Source: Nitrospirota bacterium (GTDB lineage Bacteria; Nitrospirota; UBA9217). Taken from it: 64,000 nt of DNA. The stretch is from the NCBI GenBank assembly GCA_963796285.1, contig CAWCKW010000012.1, positions 704,001 to 768,000 on the forward strand. The letters run 5' to 3'. The notes under the pieces were generated by a model that saw only the letters and a list, made by a program, of their open reading frames with translations, did no database searches and was not told the origin of the DNA. Below, one piece after another: positions 41,765 through 50,800 of the stretch; positions within the stretch are counted from its first letter, which is position 1; each line of letters begins with the position of its first letter. Made by a program: the position numbers and the translations under genes.

Positions 41765-41950
41765 CACCACGGAGACGTAGCCTGCTCTTGCGAGGACGCG
41801 GCCATAAACGGAGACGCGGAGAAACGATCTCTTTAACAGGATGGACAGGATAAGATCTGATTTGATGGTATATATTAAATCCGTCAATTCTGTTATTCCG
41901 TCTGATAAAGTCTTTAGAATTTCTCTGCGACCTCTGTGTTCTCTGCGGTA
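41765..41950. repeat. Nested inverted nonamer elements (CACGGAGAC type outside, ACAGGAT type inside)
   Basis: caccacggagac..ggagacgcggaga [aacaggatg gacaggat ... aatccgtc aattctgtt attccgtc] tctctgcga cctctgtgt tctctgcggt. Confidence 0.7.
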
Positions 41951-41985
41951 AAAATAGATTTGTTTTAGTTTGTGAGGGGAATTGA

Positions 41986-44900
41986 ATGCCGAAACGGACA
42001 GACATTAAAAAGATCCTTATCATCGGTGCGGGGCCGATCGTGATCGGCCAGGCCTGCGAGTTCGACTACTCCGGTGTGCAGGCCTGCAAGGCGCTCAAGG
42101 AAGAAGGGTACGAGATCGTGCTCGTGAACTCGAACCCGGCAACGATCATGACAGACCCTGACATGGCTCACCGCACCTATATCGAACCGATCACGCCTGA
42201 GGTGGTCGCGAAGATCATTGAACGCGAGCGGCCCGACGCCCTGCTCCCGACCATGGGCGGCCAGACCGCGCTCAATACGGCGGTGTCCCTGGCCGAATCA
42301 GGGGCGCTCGAGAAATATCACGTCGAGCTTATCGGCGCAAAGCTGCCTGCCATCAAAAAAGCGGAAGACCGCGAACTGTTCAAGAAGGCGATGGAAAATA
42401 TCGGGCTCGAGGTGCCGAAGAGCGGGTTCGCAACGAGCAAGGAACAGGCCTATGAGATCCTCGAAAAGGTCGGATTTCCCGCCATCTTGCGGCCGGCGTT
42501 CACGCTCGGAGGCACGGGCGGCGGCATTGCGTACAACCGTGAGGAATTTACCGAACTGATCACGCGCGGCCTTGAAGCAAGCCCGGTCAAACAGGTGCTG
42601 GTCGAAGAATCGGTCATGGGGTGGAAAGAGTTCGAACTCGAGGTCATGCGCGACACCAAGGACAATGTGGTGATCGTCTGTTCTATCGAGAACCTGGACC
42701 CGATGGGGATCCACACCGGCGACAGCATCACGGTGGCGCCGGCGCAGACGCTCACTGATAAAGAGTATCAGCTCATGCGCGATGCTTCTCTCAAGATCAT
42801 CCGCGAGATCGGCGTGGACACCGGCGGGTCGAACATCCAGTTCGGGGTCAACCCCGTGGACGGCAGAATGGTCGTGATCGAGATGAACCCGCGTGTTTCA
42901 CGGAGCTCGGCGCTTGCTTCAAAGGCCACCGGCTTCGCCATCGCCAAGATCGCGGCAAGGCTCGCGGTAGGCTATACCCTTGACGAGATCACGAACGACA
43001 TCACAAAAGCCACACCGGCATCGTTCGAGCCGACCATCGACTATGTCGTAGTGAAGTTTCCGCGTTTTGCCTTTGAGAAGTTCCCCCAGGCTGATGCGAC
43101 GCTCACGACGCAGATGAAGTCCGTTGGGGAGGCCATGTCCATCGGCAGGACCTTCAAGGAATCGTTCCAAAAGGCGCTTCGCTCGCTCGAGATCGACCGC
43201 TACGGACTCGAGTCGCGCCGTGACCGTGACGGTGAGGAAGAACACGGGATCGCCGATATTCGCCAGAAGATCAGCGTGCCGAACTGGGAGCGGATATGGT
43301 ACATCGCAGACGGTTTCCGAGTCGGGATGACCGTGGACGAAGTATTCAGCCTTTCCAAGATCGACCCCTGGTTCCTGCATCAGATCAAGCAGATCACCGA
43401 TATGGAAAAAGAGATCCGTGACAATGGGGCACGCATAGTAAGCGATAAGGATCCTTCGATCGATCATCCTCTCAGGCGCGCGAAAGAATACGGTTTCTCG
43501 GACCGCAGGCTTGCCAAGCTTCTTACGACCACTGAAAGCGCCGTGAGAAAGTTGCGGATGGAGCTCGGCATTATCCCCGTGTTCAAGACCGTGGACACCT
43601 GCGCCGCCGAGTTTGAGGCGCATACGCCGTATCTGTATTCAACGTATGAGAAGCCGTTTTACAACCTTGGGAGCCAGGAGCCAGGAGCCAGGAGCCAGAA
43701 TGCGGAATGCGAGGCGAATCCGACGGGCCGCAAGAAGATCGTTATCCTCGGCGGGGGACCGAACAGGATCGGACAGGGCATCGAGTTCGACTACTGCTGT
43801 GTGCACGCGGCCTTCGCGCTCAAGGAAGACGAGTTCGAGACCATTATGGTGAATTGCAATCCCGAGACCGTGAGCACGGACTACGATACCGCGGACCGGC
43901 TTTATTTTGAGCCCTTGACACTCGAAGATGTTTTACATATTATACATCGCGAGAAGCCTGTTGGAGTGATCGTGCAGTTTGGGGGCCAGACGCCGCTCAA
44001 GCTCGCGGTGCCGCTCGAGAAAGAGGGAGTGCGCATCCTCGGCACCTCACCCGACAGCATTGACCGCGCTGAGGACCGCAAACGGTTCAAGGACCTTATC
44101 GATAAGCTCGGTCTACTACAGGCCGAGAGCGGCACGGCCGTCTCCTGCGATGAAGCGGTGCATGCCGCTAATCGTATCGGATACCCCGTCATGGTGCGGC
44201 CGTCCTACGTGCTCGGCGGCAGGGCCATGGAGATCGTCTACGACGAAGAGAGCGTAAGAAATTACATGTCCCGCGCCGTGAAGGCATCCCCGGACCGTCC
44301 CGTTCTCGTTGACAAGTATCTGGAAGACGCTATCGAGATGGACGTTGATGCGATCTCCGACGGGACCACCGTGGTCGTCGCGGGCATCATGGAGCATATC
44401 GAGGAGGCGGGCGTACACTCAGGAGATTCTGCGTGTTCGCTTCCACCGTTCTCGCTCCCGCCGGACATCATCCGTGAGATCGACCGTCAAGCCCGGGTGC
44501 TTGCGCTCGAGCTCGGTGTGGTCGGCCTCATGAACATACAGTTCGCGGTTAAAGAGGGCAGGATCTACGTGCTCGAGGTGAACCCCCGGGCGTCGCGGAC
44601 AATACCATTCGTGAGCAAGGCCATCGGAGTGCCGCTTGCCAAACTTGCCGCAAGGGTCATGGCGGGCAAGACCCTCGTTGAACTCGGATTCACCAAAGAA
44701 GTGCAGATCAAACATATCGCGGTCAAGGAAGCGGTGTTCCCCTTTGCCAAGTTCCCCGGCGTGGACACACTGCTCGGCCCGGAGATGAAGTCCACCGGCG
44801 AGGTCATGGGTATTGACGCGGACTTTGGCATGTCCTTTGCCAAGTCCCAGATGGCGGCCGGGAACCCCCTGCCGATAACCGGCCGTGTGTTCCTGAGCGT

Positions 44901-45279
44901 AAAGGACCAGGACAAGTCCGGCGGACTGCTTGAGGCGGCGCAAGGACTACAGAATGCCGGGTTCTCCATTGTAGCGACAAGAGGAACGGCAGAGTATCTG
45001 AGGAAACAGGGCATTACGGTCGAAACAGTGAACAAGGTGGCGGAAGGCAGGCCGCATATCGTTGACCGTATTACGGACATGCAGATCGATCTGGTGATCA
45101 ACACGGTATCAGGCGCGGAGTCGCAAAAAGACTCTTACTCAATCCGGCGCACGACGCTCGTGAAGGGGGTCCCCTATTTCACCACGATATCTGCAGCGAA
45201 GGCCGCGGTCCGGGGTATTTCAGCGATCAAAACAAGACCTTTGCAGGTCAAGACCATTCAGGAGTATCATACGAAATGA
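41986..45279 (+). CDS. carB: Carbamoyl-phosphate synthase large subunit
   Basis: [61 protein letters not shown]. Confidence 0.98.
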   Translation: MPKRTDIKKILIIGAGPIVIGQACEFDYSGVQACKALKEEGYEIVLVNSNPATIMTDPDMAHRTYIEPITPEVVAKIIERERPDALLPTMGGQTALNTAVSLAESGALEKYHVELIGAKLPAIKKAEDRELFKKAMENIGLEVPKSGFATSKEQAYEILEKVGFPAILRPAFTLGGTGGGIAYNREEFTELITRGLEASPVKQVLVEESVMGWKEFELEVMRDTKDNVVIVCSIENLDPMGIHTGDSITVAPAQTLTDKEYQLMRDASLKIIREIGVDTGGSNIQFGVNPVDGRMVVIEMNPRVSRSSALASKATGFAIAKIAARLAVGYTLDEITNDITKATPASFEPTIDYVVVKFPRFAFEKFPQADATLTTQMKSVGEAMSIGRTFKESFQKALRSLEIDRYGLESRRDRDGEEEHGIADIRQKISVPNWERIWYIADGFRVGMTVDEVFSLSKIDPWFLHQIKQITDMEKEIRDNGARIVSDKDPSIDHPLRRAKEYGFSDRRLAKLLTTTESAVRKLRMELGIIPVFKTVDTCAAEFEAHTPYLYSTYEKPFYNLGSQEPGARSQNAECEANPTGRKKIVILGGGPNRIGQGIEFDYCCVHAAFALKEDEFETIMVNCNPETVSTDYDTADRLYFEPLTLEDVLHIIHREKPVGVIVQFGGQTPLKLAVPLEKEGVRILGTSPDSIDRAEDRKRFKDLIDKLGLLQAESGTAVSCDEAVHAANRIGYPVMVRPSYVLGGRAMEIVYDEESVRNYMSRAVKASPDRPVLVDKYLEDAIEMDVDAISDGTTVVVAGIMEHIEEAGVHSGDSACSLPPFSLPPDIIREIDRQARVLALELGVVGLMNIQFAVKEGRIYVLEVNPRASRTIPFVSKAIGVPLAKLAARVMAGKTLVELGFTKEVQIKHIAVKEAVFPFAKFPGVDTLLGPEMKSTGEVMGIDADFGMSFAKSQMAAGNPLPITGRVFLSVKDQDKSGGLLEAAQGLQNAGFSIVATRGTAEYLRKQGITVETVNKVAEGRPHIVDRITDMQIDLVINTVSGAESQKDSYSIRRTTLVKGVPYFTTISAAKAAVRGISAIKTRPLQVKTIQEYHTK
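43670..43711 (+). repeat. In-frame heptamer repeat inside carB: (GGAGCCA)x4 (GAATGCG)x2
   Basis: Encodes [14 protein letters not shown] at the junction of the two synthetase halves. Confidence 0.85.
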
Positions 45280-45758
45280 CTCAGAAGATCCCCATGACCA
45301 AAGAGGGCTACGAGAAGCTTAAAAAGGAGCTTGACCGCATTCTCAAAGTCGAGCGTCCCAAGAACATCAGGGATATTGAGGAAGCACGCGGACACGGAGA
45401 CCTGTCGGAGAACGCCGAGTACCACGCAGCCAAGGAAAAGCAGGGTATGCTTGACGCCAAAAAGCGTGAGTTGCAGCACAAACTTGCGCATGCGCAGATC
45501 ATCGATATCTCGAAGCTTTCGAACGAGAAGGTGGTTTTCGGAGCGACGGTCACGCTTGCGGACACTGATTCCGGCGACACCAAGAAGTACATGCTGGTAG
45601 GGCAGGAAGAGGCTGATTTTAAAAAGGGCAAGATATCCATACAATCACCTGTCGGCAAGGCCCTGATCGGACATAAAGCGGGTGATGTCGTCTCTATCAA
45701 GACGCCGACAAAGACCGTTGAATATGAGATTCAGGAGATTGAGATAACCCTTGATTAA
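45276..45758 (+). CDS. greA: Transcription elongation factor GreA
   Basis: [38 protein letters not shown]. Confidence 0.97.
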   Translation: MTQKIPMTKEGYEKLKKELDRILKVERPKNIRDIEEARGHGDLSENAEYHAAKEKQGMLDAKKRELQHKLAHAQIIDISKLSNEKVVFGATVTLADTDSGDTKKYMLVGQEEADFKKGKISIQSPVGKALIGHKAGDVVSIKTPTKTVEYEIQEIEITLD

Positions 45759-46566
45759 GCTGCACAAGGCAACGATACTTTCACACCGATCTGCGGGCAG
45801 GGGATATTACCGTCTCGTGTTGAAGGCCCCGGAGGCGGCGGTGAACGCGCTCCCGGGCCAATTCGTGATGCTTAGGGTGTCCGAGAACATGGACCCTCTC
45901 CTCGCTCGACCCTTCGGCATATCTTCCATTCCTTCAAAAGCATCCATCGAGATTCTCTACCGCGTCGTAGGCACTGGAACAGCGCTGCTTACCCAAAGGT
46001 CGGTCGGCCAGACGCTCTCACTGCTCGGGCCGCTTGGAAACGGGGTTCCCGATGCCGGATAAAACCGTCACGCCGGTTCTGGTTGCCGGTGGAAGCGGTT
46101 TTCCTCCGCTGCATTTTCTGTCCCTTCGCACTGGTACGCGGGCGCATTTTTTCGTCGGGGCACGGAACAAAGAGTGTCTGCCGCCTATAAGTGTTTTAAA
46201 AAAGTCTCAGGGACCATGCGGTAAAGGTACATGTTGCGACAGAGGATGGGAGCTCAGGACAACAAGGGATGTCCACGGACATACTGAATTCCTTCCTGAC
46301 GCACGAAAGAGCAGAAGACCCATCTCGTGCTCTATGCCTGCGGTCCCCATGGCATGCTTGCCGAGGTGAGCAGGATCGCTGCGGAGCATTCGATCACCTG
46401 TTATGTCTCGACAGAGGAACGCATGGCCTGCGGACTTGGAGCATGTATGGGCTGCTCGGTCCCGATGAAGGCGGGCGGTTACAAACGCGCCTGCAAAGAG
46501 GGGCCCGTGTTTGATTCGCGGGAGATCGAGTGGGCGGAGCAGGTGATGGTGAAGTTGAGAAGGTAA
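45751..46566 (+). CDS. pyrK: Dihydroorotate dehydrogenase electron-transfer subunit (about 3 apparent frameshifts)
   Basis: PGQFVML, LARPFGI, LGPLGNG|F, VAGGSG, |VATEDGS, |YACGP, EERMACGLGACMGC, CKEGPVF. Confidence 0.88.
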
Positions 46567-46569
46567 TCA

Positions 46570-46713
46570 GATTGCGGAAGTTGCGGAGTGAGGAGTAAAA
46601 TTGCAAATGACATCATGCGAAATACAAATATATAGATGCGGATTAAAAATGACCGAATGCGGAGCCAGACATGATCGGTAAACAATCCGCAATCCGCAAT
46701 CCGCAATCCGCAA
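46570..46713. repeat. Inverted heptamer element; right arm (AATCCGC)x4 lies inside the pyrD 5' end
   Basis: gattgcg gaagttgcg gagtgag ... gaatgcg ... aatccgc aatccgc aatccgc aatccgc aatc. Confidence 0.8.
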
Positions 46714-47633
46714 TCGGCCCCACCGACCTTTCTATCGACTTCGCCGGGATCAAGCTCAAGAACCCGGTGCTGACCGCATCAGGCACGTTCGGATACGGTG
46801 AAGAGTTTGCGGATTTTGTGGATTTGAACAAGCTCGGCGGCGTGATCGTGAAGGGTGTATCGCTCAAACCGATCAAGGGCAACCCTCCGCCACGCATCTG
46901 GGAGACGCCTTCGGGCATGCTGAACGCAATCGGGCTTGAGAACCCGGGCGTTGATGTGTTCATCAACCAGAAACTCCCCTACCTGAGGCAGTTCGACACC
47001 GCGGTGATCGTGAACGTTTTCGGGTACAGCCTGGAAGAGTACGTCGGCGTTGTGGAGCGGCTTGACAATGTTTCCGGCGTATCGGGCATTGAAGTGAACA
47101 TCTCGTGCCCGAATGTGAAAGCCGGCGGGATTGTATTCGGCACGAACGTCAAGGCGGCCTTCGAACTCCTCTCCGCTGTCCGAAAGGCAACGAAACTGCC
47201 GGTCATCGCGAAGCTTTCGCCGAACGTGACCGATATCACCGAATTTGCCCGGATCGCACGCGAGGCTGGCTGTGACGGCCTTTCGCTCATCAATACGCTC
47301 CTCGGCATGGCCATCGACGTGCGCTGCCGTAAGCCGCGGCTCGCGAACTGTACCGGCGGCCTGTCCGGTCCGGCCATCCGGCCCGTGGCTGTGCGCATGG
47401 TATGGCAAGTGGCGAAGGCGGTTCCGCTTCCGATCATCGGCATGGGCGGAATAGTTACTGGCGAGGATGCGCTTGAATTCATTCTGGCAGGAGCTTCAGC
47501 GGTGGCAATCGGGACAGCGAATTTCATCAATCCACGGGCCACGCTTGACGTGATCGAAGGGATCGAGGTTCTCATGCGTGAGCAGGGCGTCGGCGATATA
47601 AAGAGCCTTATCGGAAAGGTGAGTGTCGGGTGA
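46671..47633 (+). CDS. pyrD: Dihydroorotate dehydrogenase (class 1B)
   Basis: ASGTFGYG, GMLNAIGLENPG, NISCPNV, KLSPNVTDI, GGLSGPAIRP. Confidence 0.96.
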   Translation: MIGKQSAIRNPQSAIGPTDLSIDFAGIKLKNPVLTASGTFGYGEEFADFVDLNKLGGVIVKGVSLKPIKGNPPPRIWETPSGMLNAIGLENPGVDVFINQKLPYLRQFDTAVIVNVFGYSLEEYVGVVERLDNVSGVSGIEVNISCPNVKAGGIVFGTNVKAAFELLSAVRKATKLPVIAKLSPNVTDITEFARIAREAGCDGLSLINTLLGMAIDVRCRKPRLANCTGGLSGPAIRPVAVRMVWQVAKAVPLPIIGMGGIVTGEDALEFILAGASAVAIGTANFINPRATLDVIEGIEVLMREQGVGDIKSLIGKVSVG

Positions 47634-49108
47634 GGATCGTAACCAGCCTCAAGAGCAAGATCATCATTGCGGTCGCCGCCATCCTGGCGTTGACCATCGG
47701 CCTGGGTACGTGGATCAACATCGGCTTTCAGCGTTCGCAAATGGAGGATGCACTTGAAGACAACGTGCTCGTCATCTCGAACACCATTCAGCGCAGCCTT
47801 GAGAACGCCATGCTCGATGGAAAGAGTAAAGAGGTGCAGCACATCCTTAGTGCTGTTGGCACCTATCAGAACATCCGAGAAGTAAAGATCTTCAGCCCGA
47901 ACGGAGTTGTCCTGAAATCGTCAAATCGCAGTATGATCGGCAGGCAGATCGATCCTATCACGCAAAAATGGTTTCTCGCTGACAAGTTTAAGTCGCCGAT
48001 CAAGCGCCGTGAAGAGGGCATATTTTCGGTACTGTTCCCCATAGAGAACGATTCACGTTGTTATCACTGCCACGGTTCTCAGGCAAAACTGAACGGGGTG
48101 CTTGCCGTGGATATCTCCATGGTGCAGACGCAGGAAAAGGTGCGGAAACTCAGTAAAACCATGTCTCTCTGGGCCTTCGGGGTGACCGCGATCCTTGCCG
48201 TATCCCTGTCACTTGTTTTGACGCACCTTGTTTCCAACCCCATCCAGACACTGATCGGCACAATGGAGCGTGCTGAGCGCGGTCTGGAGGTCCGGGTGGA
48301 GGTGAAAAGCTTTGATGATATAGGACGACTTGGTGAGGCGTTCAACTCGCTCTTAACGAAACTTGAGAGCGCCCAACGACGGGTGGAGCAGTATCATTAT
48401 GAGCAAATGACGCGGGCCGACCGTCTTGCATCTATTGGCGAGATGGCAGCAGGGATCGCCCATGAGATCAAGAACCCCCTGGCCGGCATCGCGGGCGTGA
48501 TCCAGGTGCTCAGGAAAGAGCATGCCGTCGGCGACCAGAAACGGGTCATTCTGGATGAAGTGCTTGTACAGGTCGAGCGCATGGATAAAGCGGTGCGCAA
48601 CCTGCTCTCTTTTGCACGGCCGCCGGAGCCGAAGATGACTCTGGCAGATATCAACGAACTGATCAGCAGGCTGCTCAACTTCCTCGCGCCTCAGTTTGCC
48701 AGGAATTTAATTACAGTTGATCGGAAACTGACGGTAGGCCTTCCCTGGCTTACGCTCGATCCGGACCTGTTGCAACAAGCGCTGATCAATATCGCACTGA
48801 ACGCGATCCAGGCCATGCCGGATGGCGGTAAATTTATTGTGGAAACCCGGTCAGTCAAGCCGGACGGGAACAATTCCGGATCAATAGAGATCTTGTGCTC
48901 GGACACGGGGAAGGGTATTCCCCTGGAAAATCTGAGCACGATATTCAATCCATTTTATACGACGCGCCAGCAGGGCACCGGCCTGGGTTTGTCTATCACC
49001 CAGAGAATCATCGAGCAGCATGGCGGCGAAATTAACGTCGTAAGCTCTCCCGAAAAAGGGACGACCTTTACCCTGTCGTTCCCGTATCCACAGAGCGCCA
49101 ACGCATAA
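47630..49108 (+). CDS. Membrane sensor histidine kinase with periplasmic heme-c motif and HAMP
   Basis: Two TM segments flanking CYHCH; DDIGRLGEAFN; AHEIKNPL; NAIQAM; DTGKG; GTGLGL. Confidence 0.9.
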   Translation: MRIVTSLKSKIIIAVAAILALTIGLGTWINIGFQRSQMEDALEDNVLVISNTIQRSLENAMLDGKSKEVQHILSAVGTYQNIREVKIFSPNGVVLKSSNRSMIGRQIDPITQKWFLADKFKSPIKRREEGIFSVLFPIENDSRCYHCHGSQAKLNGVLAVDISMVQTQEKVRKLSKTMSLWAFGVTAILAVSLSLVLTHLVSNPIQTLIGTMERAERGLEVRVEVKSFDDIGRLGEAFNSLLTKLESAQRRVEQYHYEQMTRADRLASIGEMAAGIAHEIKNPLAGIAGVIQVLRKEHAVGDQKRVILDEVLVQVERMDKAVRNLLSFARPPEPKMTLADINELISRLLNFLAPQFARNLITVDRKLTVGLPWLTLDPDLLQQALINIALNAIQAMPDGGKFIVETRSVKPDGNNSGSIEILCSDTGKGIPLENLSTIFNPFYTTRQQGTGLGLSITQRIIEQHGGEINVVSSPEKGTTFTLSFPYPQSANA

Positions 49109-49122
49109 AAGGAGCGCGATCA

Positions 49123-49521
49123 ATGCCATATAAGATCCTGATCATCGATGATGAAAAACTGATCAGGTGGGCACTCGAACAACATCTGGTGAAGCAGGGA
49201 TACCAGGTTGCGACAGCAGAATCCGCTGAGGAAGGGCTGGTACTGCTCACCGAAGACGCACCCGATCTGCTTCTTCTCGATAATTGTTTGCCGGATATGA
49301 CAGGTATTCAATTGCTCGAGAAACTCCATGATCGGGAAAAAAGGTTTAAGGTCATTATGATCACGGCATACGATATGGAGGAGACCGCGGTCAAGACCAT
49401 GAATTTAGGAGCTTACGAATATATCAGCAAGCCCTTCAACCTTGAAGAGCTCACTGCGCTGATAAAAAAAACGCTGGATACGGAACATCCCGGACCAGGT
49501 AGAAGAGATGGGGATTCATGA
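49123..49521 (+). CDS. Single-domain response regulator
   Basis: ILIIDDE, LLLLD, MITAY, YISKPF. Confidence 0.88.
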   Translation: MPYKILIIDDEKLIRWALEQHLVKQGYQVATAESAEEGLVLLTEDAPDLLLLDNCLPDMTGIQLLEKLHDREKRFKVIMITAYDMEETAVKTMNLGAYEYISKPFNLEELTALIKKTLDTEHPGPGRRDGDS

Positions 49522-49571
49522 AGAATGAGATCGGCGCATAGGCACTATACTCTTACCACTCCCTGATATCC

Positions 49572-49600
49572 TTGCTTTTTCCGCGGCAATAACATAGAAT
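49572..49600 (+). promoter_or_regulatory. sigma70 promoter upstream of the xerD leader
   Basis: TTGCTT-17 nt-TAGAAT. Confidence 0.6.
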
Positions 49601-49771
49601 CAAATTATCGAGGGTTCTTTCAAACGTCCTTGTCTGATCGGGTTGTCGCAACCTTCAGTGTGTTTTTTATTGTTTTTACCGCGATGTGGACGAAGCTTGA
49701 AGCTTGCGGCGACAAAGACGAGGCAGTTGTAAGATCCTCTCGTTAATCATTTTTCTACGCAGGCGCCAGTC

Positions 49772-50653
49772 ATGAAAAAAGAACTTCTGGAGAATTTCCT
49801 CAATTATGTTGCCGTCGAAAAGGGGCTTGCGCGGAATACCGTCGAGTCCTATGAGAGGGACCTACACAAGTACTTTTTCTTTATGAAGGCAAAGGAACCC
49901 GACGCGATCACCCGTTCCGATGTGGTCTCATTCATGACACATCTGACATCAGAAGGAATCTCCACCCCCTCGGCCGCCCGATGCCTGGCCGCAGTCAGAG
50001 GATTTCACAAATATCTGATGACCGACGAACACGCACACGACGACCCTACCGTGAATATCGATACGCCCCGAGGATGGAAACGCCTGCCCAAGACCCTTTC
50101 TCTTGCCGATGTGGACGCGCTTCTCAGACAACCGGACCCTGCCACTCTTATCGGGCTTCGCGACAAGGCCATGCTTGAACTGCTCTATGCCACCGGCCTT
50201 CGCGTGAGCGAACTGGTCGATCTCAAACTGAACGATGTCAACCTCGAACGGGGATACCTGGTTGTGATAGGTAAAGGGTCGAAGGAACGGGCCGTGCCCA
50301 TGGGTGAGATTGCCATGGCTGCGCTCTCCCGGTATCTCAGTGCAGGGCGTGCCGCTCTCTTGAAAGGCAGTGATTCCGACACCCTGTTTATCAGTTCGAG
50401 GCGCAGGGGTATAACCCGTCAGATGTTCTGGAAACGTATCAAGCACTATGCGGTAAAAACCGGAATCAGAAGAAACATCTCACCGCATACACTGCGCCAT
50501 TCCTTTGCAACGCATTTGCTTGATAACGGCGCCGACTTGCGGGCGGTACAGGCCATGCTTGGCCATTCGGATATTTCCACGACGCAGATCTATACGCAGG
50601 TTTCACGCGAACGGCTCAAGAAGGTGCATGAGAAATATCATCCGAGAGGGTAA
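49772..50653 (+). CDS. xerD: Site-specific tyrosine recombinase XerD
   Basis: EKGLARNTVESYERDL, RDKAMLELLYATGLRVSEL, GKGSKER, SPHTLRHSFATHLL, LGHSDISTTQIYT, HPR end. Confidence 0.95.
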   Translation: MKKELLENFLNYVAVEKGLARNTVESYERDLHKYFFFMKAKEPDAITRSDVVSFMTHLTSEGISTPSAARCLAAVRGFHKYLMTDEHAHDDPTVNIDTPRGWKRLPKTLSLADVDALLRQPDPATLIGLRDKAMLELLYATGLRVSELVDLKLNDVNLERGYLVVIGKGSKERAVPMGEIAMAALSRYLSAGRAALLKGSDSDTLFISSRRRGITRQMFWKRIKHYAVKTGIRRNISPHTLRHSFATHLLDNGADLRAVQAMLGHSDISTTQIYTQVSRERLKKVHEKYHPRG

Positions 50654-50657
50654 ATGC

Positions 50658-50794
50658 ATTGCGGAATTTGGATTGCGGATTGCGGAATGAAGAACAAGAA
50701 TGGAGCTTGCGTATTTCGGATTGTAGCATAAAGGATAAGCGGACACGTGATTCAAAGGGTTTCAATCCGCATTCCGCAATCTGAAATCCGCAAT
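50658..50794. repeat. Inverted heptamer element (ATTGCGG / CAATCCG)
   Basis: attgcgg aatttgg attgcgg attgcgg aatg ...about 73 nt... caatccg cattccg caatctg aaatccg caat. Confidence 0.85.
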
Positions 50795-50800
50795 TGAACT

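Noticed and set aside
49772-50653. Tyrosine recombinase as the missing integron integrase
   Set aside because: It has XerD signatures, lacks the IntI-specific insertion after the KGxKxR patch, and lies 27 kb from the array.
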